Shown here: piece by piece, positions 44,207 to 59,646 of the stretch | Numbering within the stretch: position 1 is the first letter of the stretch | How the letters are laid out: every line of letters begins with the position of its first letter | NCBI GenBank assembly: GCA_012295275.1 | Contig: CM022673.1 | Location: forward strand, 6,076,001-6,140,000 | DNA from: Chrysomallon squamiferum | Taxonomy: Eukaryota > Animalia > Mollusca | DNA: 64,000 nt | Reading direction: 5' to 3' | Translations under genes and position numbers: made by a program | Notes under the pieces: generated by a model | What the model saw: only the letters and a program-made list of their open reading frames with translations | The model's database searches: none | Told to the model about the DNA's origin: nothing

Positions 44207-46311
44207 TGTATGTATGTATGTATGTCAAACATCATAGGATTTCATCTTTAATGTATGTTTTCAAATATGTTGACTGTTTTGTTTTGTTTTATCAATTTAC
44301 TTCAAAATGAATTGTTCATTAACGTACCATTACACCTGAATGAGTCAAAGAAGTTTTCAGGTACACCTGACTCAAGAAAATCAACATGCAATTAGATAAA
44401 ACCATTAAGTTGTTGTTCTTGTATTGTCTGCTTTCAGAGATGTGTATTTTTTTTTCTTTCTGACATTATTTTTTTCTGCGAATGAAAGAACAATCGCTGG
44501 TTACACTTGCAGCTACATTAGCTGAGTGATGCAATTTGGGAATAACATAAGAAAGAAAAAGTTACTGCTTTTAAAACCCTGTTTTTCTTTTTTCTTTCTT
44601 TCTTTCTTTCGTTTACTTTTTAAATTATTTATCTATTTATTTGTTCATTTTATTATTTAATTATTTTTTTTTGTTTTAAATGTTGGCAATGGCAGACATG
44701 CATCAAATGACAAAAATTCAAATGTTTAAAAGAAACGTGGTGCATTCTGAGTTCACAGGAGTCAACACAAATGTTCAGCGACTTGAAGAAAAAAAAAAAC
44801 AACAAGAATCCAGCTTCATAAATAAATGATGATGTCATAAATCAACACATTACAAGCTGGTGGAATTAATTATCTTACTTTTGTTGCCACCTCATTAAGT
44901 TCACAAGATTCAAATTAACTGGTGGAAACAAGTTCATGACATACAGGAGTTTATTGTATATACAGTATTCACATATATGTTACATTATCACACAGATAAT
45001 TAGTTCCATGACATTTAATTGTATTTATGTATTTGGACATTTGCTGCTTAACTGCACTGATAGCGTACAAAATATAATGCTGGAGTTATTGAATTTCAGT
45101 TATCTGTGTAAATGAATACTGCTTAAGTGCATCAGTATTGTAAGAATTAGAATTATGAGAATAATAAAATAATAGTATACCATATTTCACTGGAGATTTA
45201 ATTATTTATATTTATTTACACAGCTTTGAATGACATTGATATATTTAATTGCATGGAATTAATGGCACAGAATGATTTAATGTTATATTGTTTTGCAAGA
45301 AATGTTGAATTATGATGGTGACTCAGAGATAAGTAAAAATGATACTTTTAAAACAATCACTTATCTTATATAGATTTTTAAAAATATATTAAAATACACA
45401 TACACAAACAAAGAGAAGGTTACATCTTTTTGATGTATGTAAGTTATAGGTAACATGTAATTGCTAATTTAAAATTATTTTTGAGGGGTTAGAGCCAGAA
45501 TTTGTTAAGTGTTTATTTAAAAATATAAGACCTTCTTTTTTTTCTTTTCTTTTTTTTTTTTTTTACAAATCCTATTGGACAAAGAAACTGGGATTCAAAG
45601 TGAAAATTTAAAAATGAAAAAACAAAAACAGCAGAGAAAAAGATAAATTAAATTTTACAAAAAAAAACGTGACAACAAAAACCTTGGAACGACTGGCTGG
45701 CAAAATGGCTGTCTGTGAGCCTGCACGAAGACGATACAGGACACTTGTGTAATTAGACACACTAATTGCATTCCAGATATAGCATTCGTCCTGTCTCACA
45801 TCCTACAAACATCTGACCTCGGTGCATCTCATCCTGGCACACAAAACTTTAAACTGACCTCAGCACATTTACAACTGAGGAAATGAGGCTGTAGGAACAT
45901 GGGATCAAGCTCCACTACTGGCTTCTACTCAGAATGTACACGGACATGTTGATTTATGGACATGTTATTATAAAAAAATTATACAAGGCACTCATAAAGA
46001 TGTTTATGCAATTTTACATGTATTTCAAGAACTACGGAATTGTTGGACCTAATGTACAGGTGAAAATGTTGAAAATTTAGTAATTTCCACAATGAATTAA
46101 AAACTCTAAAAAAAACTCTTTAAGATTGATGGACTCATAAAATCTTTATATAATTTATCTCTACAGTCCATATATTCAAGTAAATTATTTATATTTTAAT
46201 GTTCTAACTAATCTATACACTATCATTTAAAATAAATGATTTCATTATAATTTTTTTTAAAGTCTCTTTATCTACAACTGTTGTTTTGGTTTTTTCTGTC
46301 TTATATTATAC

Positions 46312-46364
<53 letters not shown>

Positions 46365-47311
46365 CAATCTTTCCTGTTTGCCTTTTTTCAGTTCTTTTGT
46401 CTTCTCTCTCATTCTCTGTCACACTGACATTTTCTCTCCCTTTGTCTATCAGATATTTTTTTCCTCCTAATAAATTTTTTTTTTTTACTTTTACTGCAAA
46501 AATTATGGAAAATTAATAACCATGTATGACCTTCATTTTCACAAACAGCATATAAAACTGCTTCTTGCCAGAAGGAAAGAAGATCAGAGAATCAATTGAA
46601 GGCAACATTTCAGCTGTTACTTTGAGTCCTGGCTTCTGGTCTGTGAGTGCCAGACATCAAAATACGGTTTTATTTTCCAGGCAGCATTAAAAAAGTGTGT
46701 GTAAAAAAAAAAAAAAAAAAAAATTAACAAAAGATTATTTTAGTAAACTGGTTCAAGAAGGTCAAGGAATGTATTAGAGCTGTAGTGGAGGTCTTTTAAT
46801 TCATAATAAATAAATAATTTTTTTAAAAATGTCTTCCATTTTAATTTTGTACAATAAACTGGAAAGTGTTTTATTTGTCTTTACAAGTAATGTTCATCAT
46901 GTTAAATGGACAGAGATGGTTTTACTCCCTACATTTTTACTTTACAGTAATGTTTGGATTTATGGGTCTGTTTGTTTCTTTATGCTTTTACCTAAATATT
47001 TGGGTTTTCTTTTGTGGTTTTTGGTGGGGGTTTTTTGTTTTGTTTTTTTTTGGTTTTATTGTTTGACAGGTGATTTTTTTTTTTTTTTTAATTGGGTTTT
47101 TTGGAAGGATTTGGTGCCAATAAAACTTAACCTTTCAAATTTCTTATTGGTTTATATCTTTGGATATTATTATGTAAACACAAACTATTCACAGATTTCT
47201 ATTTATTTATTTATTTATTTTAAAACAATACAATCTCTTTAAACTTCAACAAACACAGTGTATGAAATCCCAACATCTCACATCCACAAAATTACAAAAC
47301 CAAAAACACAG

Positions 47312-47346
<35 letters not shown>

Positions 47347-47634
47347 TCTATAAAATTTGTATACACTGTACTGTGCCTTTAAATCCTGGCAAGACTGATA
47401 TCTATGTATTTCAAACCACTGTGATGATGTCCAAGTGGTCAGTGTCTGACATTTTCAGCAAACAGGTGTGACACCGTGAAATTACATTTGTGTAGAAACT
47501 CTGGATTACTGCTGTTCTGAAGATTCCTCAAGATGGCAGCTTACAGTTCCAGTCTATTAGCTCATAATAATGTTGTCTGTGTGTACAATAACACTGTATG
47601 TGGCAGGCAGTGAGTGTGTTAACGAGAGAGGTTC

Positions 47635-48510
47635 GTGTTAAAGGCGCAGTGTCTGTTTATAGCAATTAGCATGTCTGTTTGTAAATGCTAAAGATAGCAG
47701 ATGAATCTGTCTTAAAGGTGCCAGTGTCTATTGATAATAGTTGAATATAACAGGAACCGTGTTCTGTTTACAATAACGGAACATAACAGATTCTACATAA
47801 AGGCATAATGTCTATTTAAAATAGTTGAATATAACAGGCACTATGACTGCTTATAATAGCTGAACGTAATGTATTTATCTTAAAGGCACAATGTCTATTT
47901 ATAATAGCTTAACATAACAACACATTTATATTAAAGGCACAATGTCTGTTTATAATGGCTTAACATAACAACACATTTATCTTAAAGGCACAATGTCTAT
48001 TTATAATAGCTTAACATAACAACACATTTATCTTAAAGGCACAATGTCAGTTTATAATAACTTAACATAACAACATATTTATCTTAAAGGCACAATGTCA
48101 GTTTATAATAACTTAACGTAACAACATATTTATCTTAAAGGCACAATGTCTATTTATAATAACTGAACGTATTAGATTTATCTTAAAGGCACAATGTCAG
48201 TTTATAATAGCTTAACGTAACAACATATTTATCTTAAAGGCACAATGTCAGTTTATAATAGCTTAACGTAACAACATATTTATCTTAAAGGCACAATATC
48301 TATTTATAATAACTGAACGTATTAGATTTATATTAAAGGCACAAACAACACTGTCTGTTGATTTTAGCTGAACAGAACAGATATATCTTAAAGGTGCCAT
48401 ATCTGTTTTTGACTGTTAAATATAACCAAACTGTGTTAAAGTCACTGTGATTATTTATAGCTTTCAGACAAAACATACATATTTATATCTGTCTGAAAGG
48501 CACCATATTT
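47635..48510. repeat. 51-bp minisatellite (TAAAGGCACAATGTC...TTTATCT) with homogeneous core 47880-48345 and decayed flanks
   Basis: taaaggcac at 47881, 47932, 47983 and onward; a 48-bp variant unit is also present. Confidence 0.95.
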
Positions 48511-49313
48511 GTTTATACTACAAACAAAAGATTGTTAATTGAGAAATTTTTGTTAAAAGTAATTTTTAAATATTTTTTTCTCCCTCATATCTCTGTATCA
48601 ATATTTATTTATAATTTTGTGTTTCTTTCTTAATCTCTTTTTTTAATTATTATTTATTTCTATTTTATATTCTTTTATTTATTTATTTCTATTTTATATT
48701 CTTTTTTTTTTATTTATTTCTTTTTCTTTATATTTTTGACATTTTCTCTTCTTTCACCCATTAATTAGTTAGTGGATTTTTTTATTTTGGTTTTTAATTT
48801 GGCATTTATGACACTGGCATGTGTCAGTGTTATATTAATTTTACATAGGTCTGTATCATTGTAGCTACATATCATTTGACACTGAAGTTTTGTTTTCAGG
48901 CAAAACAATATTCTCTCTACCTAAAATAAATATATAATTAAATAAAAGAATGAAAACAAGAAGAAATAAATATTATCTGTGCTTAATTAGAACATTAGTT
49001 ATCATAACAACAACAAACAAATAAACATAAGTAAGTAAACAAACTCATAAATAAATAAATAAGTAAAAAAAAATAATAAATGAATAAAATAAAATAAAAT
49101 AAAATAAAATAAAAATATTTGGAAAAACATATATATAAATATAAAAGAAAATAATAATTAAATATTTCATTTCCAAGGAATGTACCATAAATAAATCAAT
49201 CACTAAAGAAAACATATTAAATTCAATTGTCCATATACATGAAGAAAACAAATTATTAACAAAACGTTTTCTTTTAACAAGAAAGATTATTCTTATGACT
49301 ATGATTATTATTT

Positions 49314-49360
<47 letters not shown>

Positions 49361-50968
49361 TGTTTGTTGTTTGTTTTCTTCTTGCCTTTTTGTTTGCTTT
49401 TTTAAAACTATTTTAACTCAGAATAACTGGTAAATGTTTCTTTTTTTTTTAAATAGTGGAAGAAAATGTGTTTCTAATTTAATTTATATCTAATCTATAT
49501 TTTTAGAAACTTGAGGTGAATAATGAACTGTTTCCTTTTATGAACCTTCAATATTTGTTTCACTTAAATTCAACAAATAATCAAAACAAAAAAAAACAGA
49601 ACAAAGTTAAAAACAAAAAAATGTATGAATTATGTATTAGTAAAAATTAAAATGCACAGAACAAGTTTAATAAAGGTATTTTTTCAAATTTCTTTTGTCA
49701 ATATTGCTTTTAAAACTCTATAACTTTGTAAAAAAATTGAAACATATGAACCAAAAATAATAAATAATAAAAAAAAAAAATAAAATAAAAAAATAAAATA
49801 AAAAATAAAATAAAATAAAAATAATAAATAAAAAAAAAAACAAACAAAAAATCAAATAAAAGATAAAAAAGTAAATAAATAAATAAAATAAATAGACAAG
49901 CAAAAAACCCCCCCAAAAACAAACAAACAACACAAATAAAAATAATAAATAAGCAATAAAAAAAAAAATCTAAAAAAAAAAATAGAAATAAATATGTGTG
50001 TATGTACAATAAAGACTGAAGGGAAGAGAAATAAACATGAAAAAAAAAAAAAATGTACAAATGTGTAAAATTATAACACAACATGACAGAAACTGATTTA
50101 ATAATGTCTGAGAAATTGGCAGTTCTAGTTATTGAAAGTGAATTGTAAAACAAATAACATACATATTTCCATTAACATTCTGTCAGTTTTATTTTCTCCT
50201 TTCAAGGAAAAAGGAATATTAAATCCAACCAACAAAAGAAAACACTTTATTTGAACATTAAAGAAGATAATTTTTTTTTTTTTTTTTTTTTTTTTAAAGT
50301 ACTAAAAAATAAAAATACTTCGTCCCCTATCCAGCAATATATAATCAAAGCTGTTTTCACTTTTTAGTAAAAAAATGTGTTATGTTTAAAAGGCAAAAGT
50401 CTGAGAAATATATTATTTTTATTTATTTATTTATTTATTTATGTTTTAGATTTGTTAAATATTTTTAAATATACAATAATAAAAAAAATAACATTAGCAA
50501 TAAAAATGTTTTGGTTTTCAGTTACATTTTAATAGAAAAGTAATGTTAAATTTTGATTATAGTCATTAAAAATAAATTTGTTTAAATGTATGAAAATATT
50601 AACAATAAAATTAACAACAATAATAGTAATAACAATAAATTTAAATATATGTAAAAGAACATTTTCTTTTTTTCCTTAACTATCAGAATTATATCCATTT
50701 TGTGACAACTGAAAATATATGAATATCAATAAAAAAATAAAAAAATTAAAATTAAAATGATTAAAAAATGAAGAAAAAAATTCTGTTTCCGTTTACTTCT
50801 TAAATATTTCAACATTTCAAAAGAGAAAAATTTTGTATTTTGTTTGTATTTCTGAAAAAAAAAAAAAAAAAAAAATTCGGTTTGCATTTCTTGTTATATT
50901 TGAGAAAAGAAAATAGATGAAAAAATATGTAATCTGTTATATTTCTTGTTATACTCCAGAAGAAAAAG

Positions 50969-51000
<32 letters not shown>

Positions 51001-51479
51001 AAGTCTCTTTGCATTTCTTGTTATATTTCTGAGGAGAAATAAAAAAAAATGTCTGTCTTCACTTCTCGTTAAATATATCAGTAATATTAGTCTCTCTGTG
51101 ACTTAATCAGCAGAACCGCAATGACAACAGCGAGAATGAGAAATGCAAGAGGATCCCACAGAATTCATCTCACACTGTTTTCTCATTGATCAAGTCCGGC
51201 TGCAATTTTTCAAACCATTATTTTGCATCCAGAAATCTTTTTTCATTCGCCTCTGCATGGAAACATGTAATTCAGATTGACAAGTCTGTTTGAAAGCAAA
51301 TATGACAAGCAATACAATTACCTCAGACCGCAGATAGTAGAAATCAGGCACCCGAGAGCATTGCTGTCAGAAACTGACAAAAGAACAAGACACAAGTGCC
51401 TCTAGCTTGTTGTGAGGAATGTACAGTTTACGGCAGATCTCTAATGGTTGCCCCAGAAGCTGTGCTCATTAGAAAACAT

Positions 51480-51482
<3 letters not shown>

Positions 51483-51551
<69 letters not shown>
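51483..51551. repeat. (GA)n microsatellite
   Basis: Visible; the only long pure tract in this orientation. Confidence 0.95.
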
Positions 51552-51553
<2 letters not shown>

Positions 51554-53929
51554 ACTCCTGATTATTTTATTTTTTTAATAAATATTACAAATAAATTTAG
51601 GATTTCAGGGGTTGTTTTACCTATTTCTGATTTGTTTATTTTTTTATTTAATTACTGGGCTAGGTAAACAATATCACTTAGACCACCTACAAGGTTTTAC
51701 AGTAAATAATGAAATAGTAAATCATTAATTTATAACTTTTATCTGAAAAAAAGGGTTTTAGGTTAACAGTTACTGACATGCTATGGAAAACAGCGAGCAT
51801 AAAAGTAACTGTAAATTGAGACCGACAATATCTATAGGTGCCATTCAGGAAACATCTTTGATTTCAAAAAAAAATATATGGCTGCCACAGATCTTACTGG
51901 GTTTGAAGGATTCGGTGCATAACACTTGTATTAACATATCAGCCAGCTGTTGCAGTTTCAGCAAGTAAGCCATAATTCACCATTAGATTACAATCAATTG
52001 TTGGGAAAAGTTATGTTTCCAATCAGTGTTAAAAGCCAGGATATGTGCTGTCTTACTCTAGAAAAGTGCATATTGTAAAAAATTATTCATTGCTTCTAAC
52101 TGAAGAATATATCAGACACTGACATACAACTAAAAGAAATAAAATTTTAAATGAATAAAAATTATAATATTAATTCTTTTAATAAAATTAACTTTCAAAT
52201 AACTTTCTGAAGATAAGTCTATTCTAACAAATTTATCTAACTGCAACAGAAGATCACTGTTCTAAATTAACAAATCCTCACCCAGTGTTTTGTATTTTCC
52301 TGTGTGGGTCTCTAAAATCTGTTGATACTAACAAACAGCCTTTGAAGATTTTATTTTTATGTTTATCTGTGCCGTTTATTCCTGTACAGTCTGAATGTAC
52401 AGGTAACATTTTAAGACTTGAATGTTGACATTTACCTTTATATCTGAACAGTCAAATAATAAAGAAAGCATATAAGTCTTGAATGTTGACATTTATGTTA
52501 GTTTTGTTATCTTACCTTTTTGTCTAAACAGTCACATCATAACGAGAGTGTATAAACTTGAATCTTGACTCTTGTTTTAGGTTCAGCTTTTTACTTTTAT
52601 GTGTTCTGATCAGAGAGCTTATAAGCCTTGAATCTTGACAGTTATATTTATAATCTCTCAGTATAAGTCTACATGGTTCAAATGTACAGAAAACATTTAA
52701 GAATCTAGTGCACTTTGTGTGTGTCTGTATAAATTGCATTTGAACATTGTTTTCTTTAATATCATTTTTTATTTATATGTGTCTGTTAATATTATCTGTA
52801 TAGATTTTGATATTTTGACATTTATATTTATATGATATCTCTATGTATATGACCCTATAATCTAAATATACAGACAGTGTTTAAGAATTTAATATACTCC
52901 CTAATTGTGTCCAAACTGACAATTTTTGGTGTCTGTATAGTCTGTACAGATCATCAAATCATGACATTTATAATTATTTATATTATCTCTGTTAAGTTTA
53001 AATATACCACCAACATTTAAGAATTATAATATACTCTTCATAAACTGAGAGTACAGGCAGCATTTGAAAAATCATCTTTTCTTTAATATGCTCCCTGTGT
53101 GTGTGAGCATTGTCTGAATAGGTGCTTGAATCATGACATTTATCTCAGGGTTCTCAAGTGAGAAAAGATGTGAGACTTGACTTTCTGGATTCAGGTACAA
53201 GAGCCTTCAGTGGCCTGGCTCAGCTTCCTGCTGATACACGACTCAGCATTGGAAAGATAAGAAAACAAAATAATTGTAAGAGTCTGCCAAATGAAAATCA
53301 ATATAATTATCTTGAAACCTTGATGAGGATCTGAAAGTACACATGTTCAAATATATATATATACACACACACACACATATGCCCATACACATACACATAA
53401 ACATACACACAAATGAGATTATGTACTGTTACAAGTATATTTAAAAGAGAGATGAATGAAAGATAGAGAGGATACAGAAACACAGGAACACAAATAGAGA
53501 GACTTAGAGAGCGAAGCAGAGAAAAAGAATGAGAAATAGAAGTTTGAGATAAAATAATTATTTGAATACAGATTATATTTTTACTAGCAATTAAAAAAAA
53601 AAAAAAAATTAAATCATCATTACAAATGACATTATCATATAAATTTATTTTCAATGCTGTAGATGTCATTAATATAGCTATATACAATCAGCAAATTATT
53701 AAACATTTATCATCTGTATGTATACATGTGTGTACAGGTTACATTATACATACAGATCCAACATCCCAACATATCAGAACAAACTAAATGTAACTATACA
53801 TTATCTTGTTGTGGTTATTAACAAATGGATTATATGATATATTTCTATCTGTATTTTCCTTGTATACAAAAATGAAACAAGCAGATGTATTTGTATATGC
53901 CATTTTTCTTCTGTTGTACTCATGCATAT

Positions 53930-54310
53930 CAAATGATACAATTGGATGTATTGATATATGTTGTCTAATTTCATTAACAGACCTACAGATAAGAACAAAT
54001 AGATCTTTTAAATACGAATCTATCTTTGCTTTCTCTATTATTAACACACCTGTAGATAAGAACTAATGATGTTATTGGATGTATTGACATCGTTTGTCTG
54101 TATCATTAAGTTGATTAACAAACCTAAAATAGATCTATGAAATATGAATCCACCTTTGCTGTCTGTTTTATTAACGTAGCCAGCTTGAACATACTTTTAC
54201 ATAACAACAAATGATGAAGCTGGATGAATTAATGTTATTAACCAGCCTGAAAAAAAGAACAGATACATCTCTAAAATATAAATCCTGTTTGGCTGCCTGC
54301 ATTACTATCA
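53930..54310. repeat. ~130-bp degenerate tandem repeat
   Basis: attggatgtattga at ~53941 and ~54074; aatagatct...aaata(c/t)gaatc...ctttgct twice, with a third decayed copy. Confidence 0.75.
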
Positions 54311-57300
54311 TGTCTAGGTATAATTACAAAAAAAAAATTAACTGGTTGTGCATTTGTACCTGAATTGTTGAAAACATTAACACACCTGCTAAAAAGCAGA
54401 AGAGCACAAATAAATCAAGTGGATGCACCACTACCTGTGTTACCTGTGACATTAACATGCCTTTGTAGTAGCACAACATCAAACAGGTGATCCCAGAGGT
54501 GCATTCACCTGACTACTGACACTTTGTTTCTTAACATTTCAGTGGCATCTTTGAACTACTGGACTTTGTGATGTATGGTAACAGCGAGTCAGTTAATGGG
54601 AGAGATAAATAACAATAAGAAACAGTAGCTAAAAACACATGTATGCAGCTAAATTCTGGTTTGGAATAAAAGTTCATAGTGTTGGTTATTTTTTGTGTTT
54701 TTTTAAAGGAAAATTCAAAAACAATATTTGGATATTCTGACACAGATTTATTCAATTACATGTGCTATTTCACAGTATGCATATATGTGTCACATATTTC
54801 AGTCTTGTATGAAACAAAAGCACATGTTCATATACCACCAATATACATATGTGTGTGTATGTATGTATATATGTATGCATATATACTATTGGTCTTTAAA
54901 GCATACCATTTCTCTCTAGTTGTACACACTAAACATCTCATATACATACACATACAGACACATGTATACACATACACAAACACATATAAACACAGAAACA
55001 CACATATATCCATATACATACATACAAAGAGACACACACACACGTCTGTACATATACATACACATAGCCACACACATACACTGAAAGATATACAACATGA
55101 AATAACATGACAGTGACTCTTCCCCATCACATGTATAGATCTAGAAAAAAACATCTGAGAACAGCAAGTAGGTACACGAGACAAATTGTTCTTGGCAGAC
55201 ATATTAAGACTGAAGCTCTCATCTTGAATTCCTTAAGCACCATCTGCACACCAGCAGAGAAACTAAAAGATTGACAGATGTTTGGCAAAGTATCTCCATC
55301 ATCTCAATGCCTGGGACGATTAAGGCAAGAAGGAGGAATTTACATGCTACAAGGGGGAGATTAGTATCAAGGTAAAACAGGTGAAAATAGCCCTGAGATA
55401 ATGATATTAATTAGGCATCAACATTCATTTTAATTCTCAGCACCTGTGTATGAAGAGATGGTTCAGTCTGATCATCCTGCTGAATAAAGGCAAGTTGTTG
55501 TATGATGGAGATTCCCTCTATTTCATTTCAAAATTATTAACTACAAAATGCTCTGAAAATAATCGACGTTTAGTAAAATATTTAGAGAAAAAAAATAAAG
55601 AAAAAAAATTATTTTGGTAAATTTTTTAAATTAAAAATTCAAAAATACCAGGTAATAAAAGTGTAGGTACTACAGATAATGTACTACAGACAGACAGATA
55701 GATAGATGCTTATACAATGCCATTTGGATATTTGATAAGACAAAAAGCAAAATTCAAAACATTCAGAAACATTCATCAGAAATTATCCCATCACAACTAT
55801 TAAATTAACACAGCATAATGCCATGCCTTCTGTGATTTCAAACACTCACAAATTAGATCATGACTGTTGTTTTCTTTTCTTTAAAGATAGATGTGAATTT
55901 GATTTTTTTTATTCATCATTTATCACAACTCAGACTCGACAGCTTTCAGCAAAACTGAAATTCCACAGGGATGACTTGAAACAGAAAAAAAAGCCAAGTT
56001 CCAGACTAATTGGTCAAAATAAAAATAAAAAATCCTTGAATCACTCTTCATGACAAGTGGATGAAGTAGATATTTCAACAGGTCATTCTTCAGTGTGGTT
56101 TCATCAGAAAACTGTTCAAGCATGCAATTCATGGACAGAAGTTCATATTAGTTATTCCTGAGACAGACTTCAATCAAAATTAGTCTAAGTGTGTACTGGT
56201 ATATGTCACTGTAAAATATGTTCAAAAATGTACAAGAATGCAAGATATGTTCAGAACTTCATTTTTGGTTTCACTTTCATCAGCAAAGAGTTTAGAATTA
56301 TCACTGACAATTAACTTAAGCTGGTACTGGCATAGATCACGTGAATGTTGTAGTCCATCAGAAAAATTATTCATACAAGCCTGTAATGGGCAAAAATTTC
56401 ATTTCTGGCAAGCTTCCATTTCCCACTGAGTTACAAATTACTTTTGGATGGGTAGATATTTTCACAGGTATTTTGTTGTGGGTGTGGGGTATGATTCCAT
56501 CAGAAACCTGTTCACACAACACTCTCTTGGGCATAACATAATTTATTTATTTGTTTGCTTTGGGCTTTTTTTGTTTCTTTTTGTTGTTCTTGTTTGTTTT
56601 GTCATTTTGCTTGCTTTATTTTCTCAGGAGGTTCCATAGTATCTTTGAATTAATTATTTTTTTTATGACAGTTAAAAAAATAAAATTAAAAATAATTAAA
56701 ACAGATTACATTTTGATGAGCTTTAGTTATAAAACTGTTCATGATACACTGATAGTCATCAACAGAATGTTATTTCTGATGTGCTTCATTTAGAAACCAG
56801 ATTCCTTGATAATTTTAAATTGTCACTGAATCAATCAGTCTGTGGCAGTTAATCAAAATAGGTATTAGTCAATTTGGTGCAATAATATTTTAATTTGCTT
56901 AGATCATTTAAAGATACTTTAATTTATATTTGATGTAGTCTTGATAACTTGAAATTGTTAGTAATTATTACAGGCAATTTTTTTTTGAAAAAACAACACA
57001 AAAGGAACAATAATAATGAGATGTGAACAAGGATATGATGATGATGAAGTTGAGAAGAAAATGATAAAAATGAGGACACTAGTGTTGATGATGGTGATGA
57101 TGATGATGATATAATAGTAATGATAATGATTTTTACTGTATGAAAATGTTTTTTCAACAATTAATATTTTTCTAATAATTATTTCAAGTTATTTGGTAAA
57201 TAATAGTGACAATGAAAATAATGAAATCAGCAAGAACACGTGACTGTACTTTCTGCAGTTCATACTGTCCTACTATTTATTTGAGATCACTGTGTCAAAG

Positions 57301-58197
57301 TACACAATCCTCCAGGAAGCAGACACATTTTTCATTACAGCTACAGAAGAGTCATGTTAAGAAATCTGAAAATTAAAATAAGATGTAAAAAGAAATCTTG
57401 ACCTACACTTCTCTATTATTAACACACAGCTGTTGCAGGCTGTCAAGGCAAATATGGATAAAATGTGTGTGTATGGTTAAAATACCGTGACAATAGTTTG
57501 TCAACAAAAATGTTTTGGAGAGAAAGAGAGAGAGAGGGGAAGGAAGGTGGTAGGAGAGAGAGAAAGAAAGGAAAGGAGCAAGATTAGACAGACAAAGAAA
57601 GATAAAATAAAATAATAGAAAGATGCGTAATAAGCATCAAACTGATAGAAATTCATAATTAACCAAACACAAAAATGCTTATTGTTTGTGTTTGATTAGA
57701 TAGATAATAATAAGAAATAAAAGGAGACATATGACATATATGTGTGCTTTATATTTATGTTTGTATGTGTATCTGCCCGTTTGACTGTCTGTCTGTCTGT
57801 ATGTATGCATGTATATCTGTACATTGTCTACTTACACTGATTTCTGAATGTCTGAGTACACAAACCTATAATTATTATTGCCATAAACACCTTTTATATT
57901 TTTAATTGTTCTGTTTCATTAATAAAACTATTGATTCTCTTTGTGTTTGTAATGTCAACAGGTGCTGTTTATAAATCAAATTTTATCATCATTTTACTAC
58001 TGTTTGCACTAATTCCCATAAGACATTCTTTGTGTACTTTAAGATTTTATCAACATGTGTTGAGAAAATGAGAAAAATCTATATATATATTGCTTGTGTA
58101 TATCCAAATGTGTGTATATATTGTATATATATTTATCTATTTATATATGTAGAGGTATGTGTGTGTGTATAAATATGCATGAAAGTTTGCATGTATT

Positions 58198-58241
<44 letters not shown>

Positions 58242-58718
58242 ATGTATGTATGTATGTTTGTATGTATGTATGTATGTATGTATGGATGCATGCATGCATG
58301 CATGCATGTATTTACATATGTGTCTTTATGTACAGATATGAGTACATGAGTCTGTTCTGCTCTGAGAAATTTATACAGTTTTCAATAACCATTCAGATTT
58401 TCCCCACTATCCCAACAACATACCAGGTTTGCATTTTAAAATTACCCAGAATTCAAAAATGTCCACGTTTGATGTTAACTGCATGGGTGGTGACTGGTAC
58501 ATTGACTACAACAGCAGTTTAGAGCATTGATTTGTGTGAAGTTATCAAAGTGAAATGCCACCTGCTGCACACTGTACAAGGATTTGATTGGTATTATTAT
58601 TACAGACCACTAACATCATGATTGTACTGTCAATAAAACACAACAGCTTATTGACATATTATCATCAGAATGACCCAGAAATTTATATTTTTCAGAATGA
58701 AGGCTTCAAATGATTTTA

Positions 58719-58758
<40 letters not shown>

Positions 58759-58872
58759 AGATAATCCTATGTTATTATTTTTAAAATTTAAGGTTTAAAA
58801 ATAATTTTAAAAAGTGTGATTGTGAAATTTCATCACAAATAAAATATATAAATAAATAAATAACGAAATAAA

Positions 58873-58909
<37 letters not shown>

Positions 58910-59041
58910 GGCCCAGAAACAACAAAAACTAAAAATTAAGTAAATTCTTTTTATGATATATATATAAAAAAAAAGAATGAAAATTATATAAAACACTTGA
59001 AAATAATAATAGATAAAAATTAATAGTTTAGTTATAGTATT

Positions 59042-59042
<1 letters not shown>

Positions 59043-59079
<37 letters not shown>

Positions 59080-59084
59080 TAATA

Positions 59085-59116
<32 letters not shown>

Positions 59117-59117
59117 A
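59043..59117. repeat. (AAT)n(GAT)n microsatellite
   Basis: Visible. Confidence 0.9.
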
Positions 59118-59592
59118 GCTTGTTACATTTAGTACAAAACCTTTTTAACAAAAAAACAAAAACAAGAGAAAAGGTCAAAACTAACACTGAACCTAGGAAA
59201 ATGGAGAAAAGAAATGGAGATGAGGGAGTCCAGGGGGGCTTATTATTGTAGATTTGTCTTATCTGAACTTGTTAAATGGTCCTATCCCAAATCTCCATGA
59301 CTGAGTCAAGTAAATAAACAAAGTGATAAAAGTAGAAAGTGGTACACTATCAAAGATTTTACTTACTTAGTTCAAAAAGGTCTGCTGTATTATTTGCCAG
59401 TATTATATATGTGCATGACATTCATTCTTTATTTGTGTAATGTAGGAAAAGAAAATATAAGTTAAATAAATAAATATTTATGGGTTGCTGTTGTTGTTGG
59501 TGTTGTCATTATTATTATTGCTGTTGCTGTTGTATTTAGGCCTCTTTTACATTATTAATTTTCTTTAAACTTGCATGTTCTTGCTTATTCAC

Positions 59593-59646
<54 letters not shown>

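Noticed and set aside
51930-51965. miR-2-like sequence (atatcagccagctg)
   Set aside because: The seed does not match TATCACAG and no precursor hairpin is evident. No other conserved miRNA, tRNA or rRNA was recognised by eye.
53600-53640. ICNDD peptide resembling PAS CNDGF
   Set aside because: Flanked by poly-F and microsatellite translation, with no other PAS residues.
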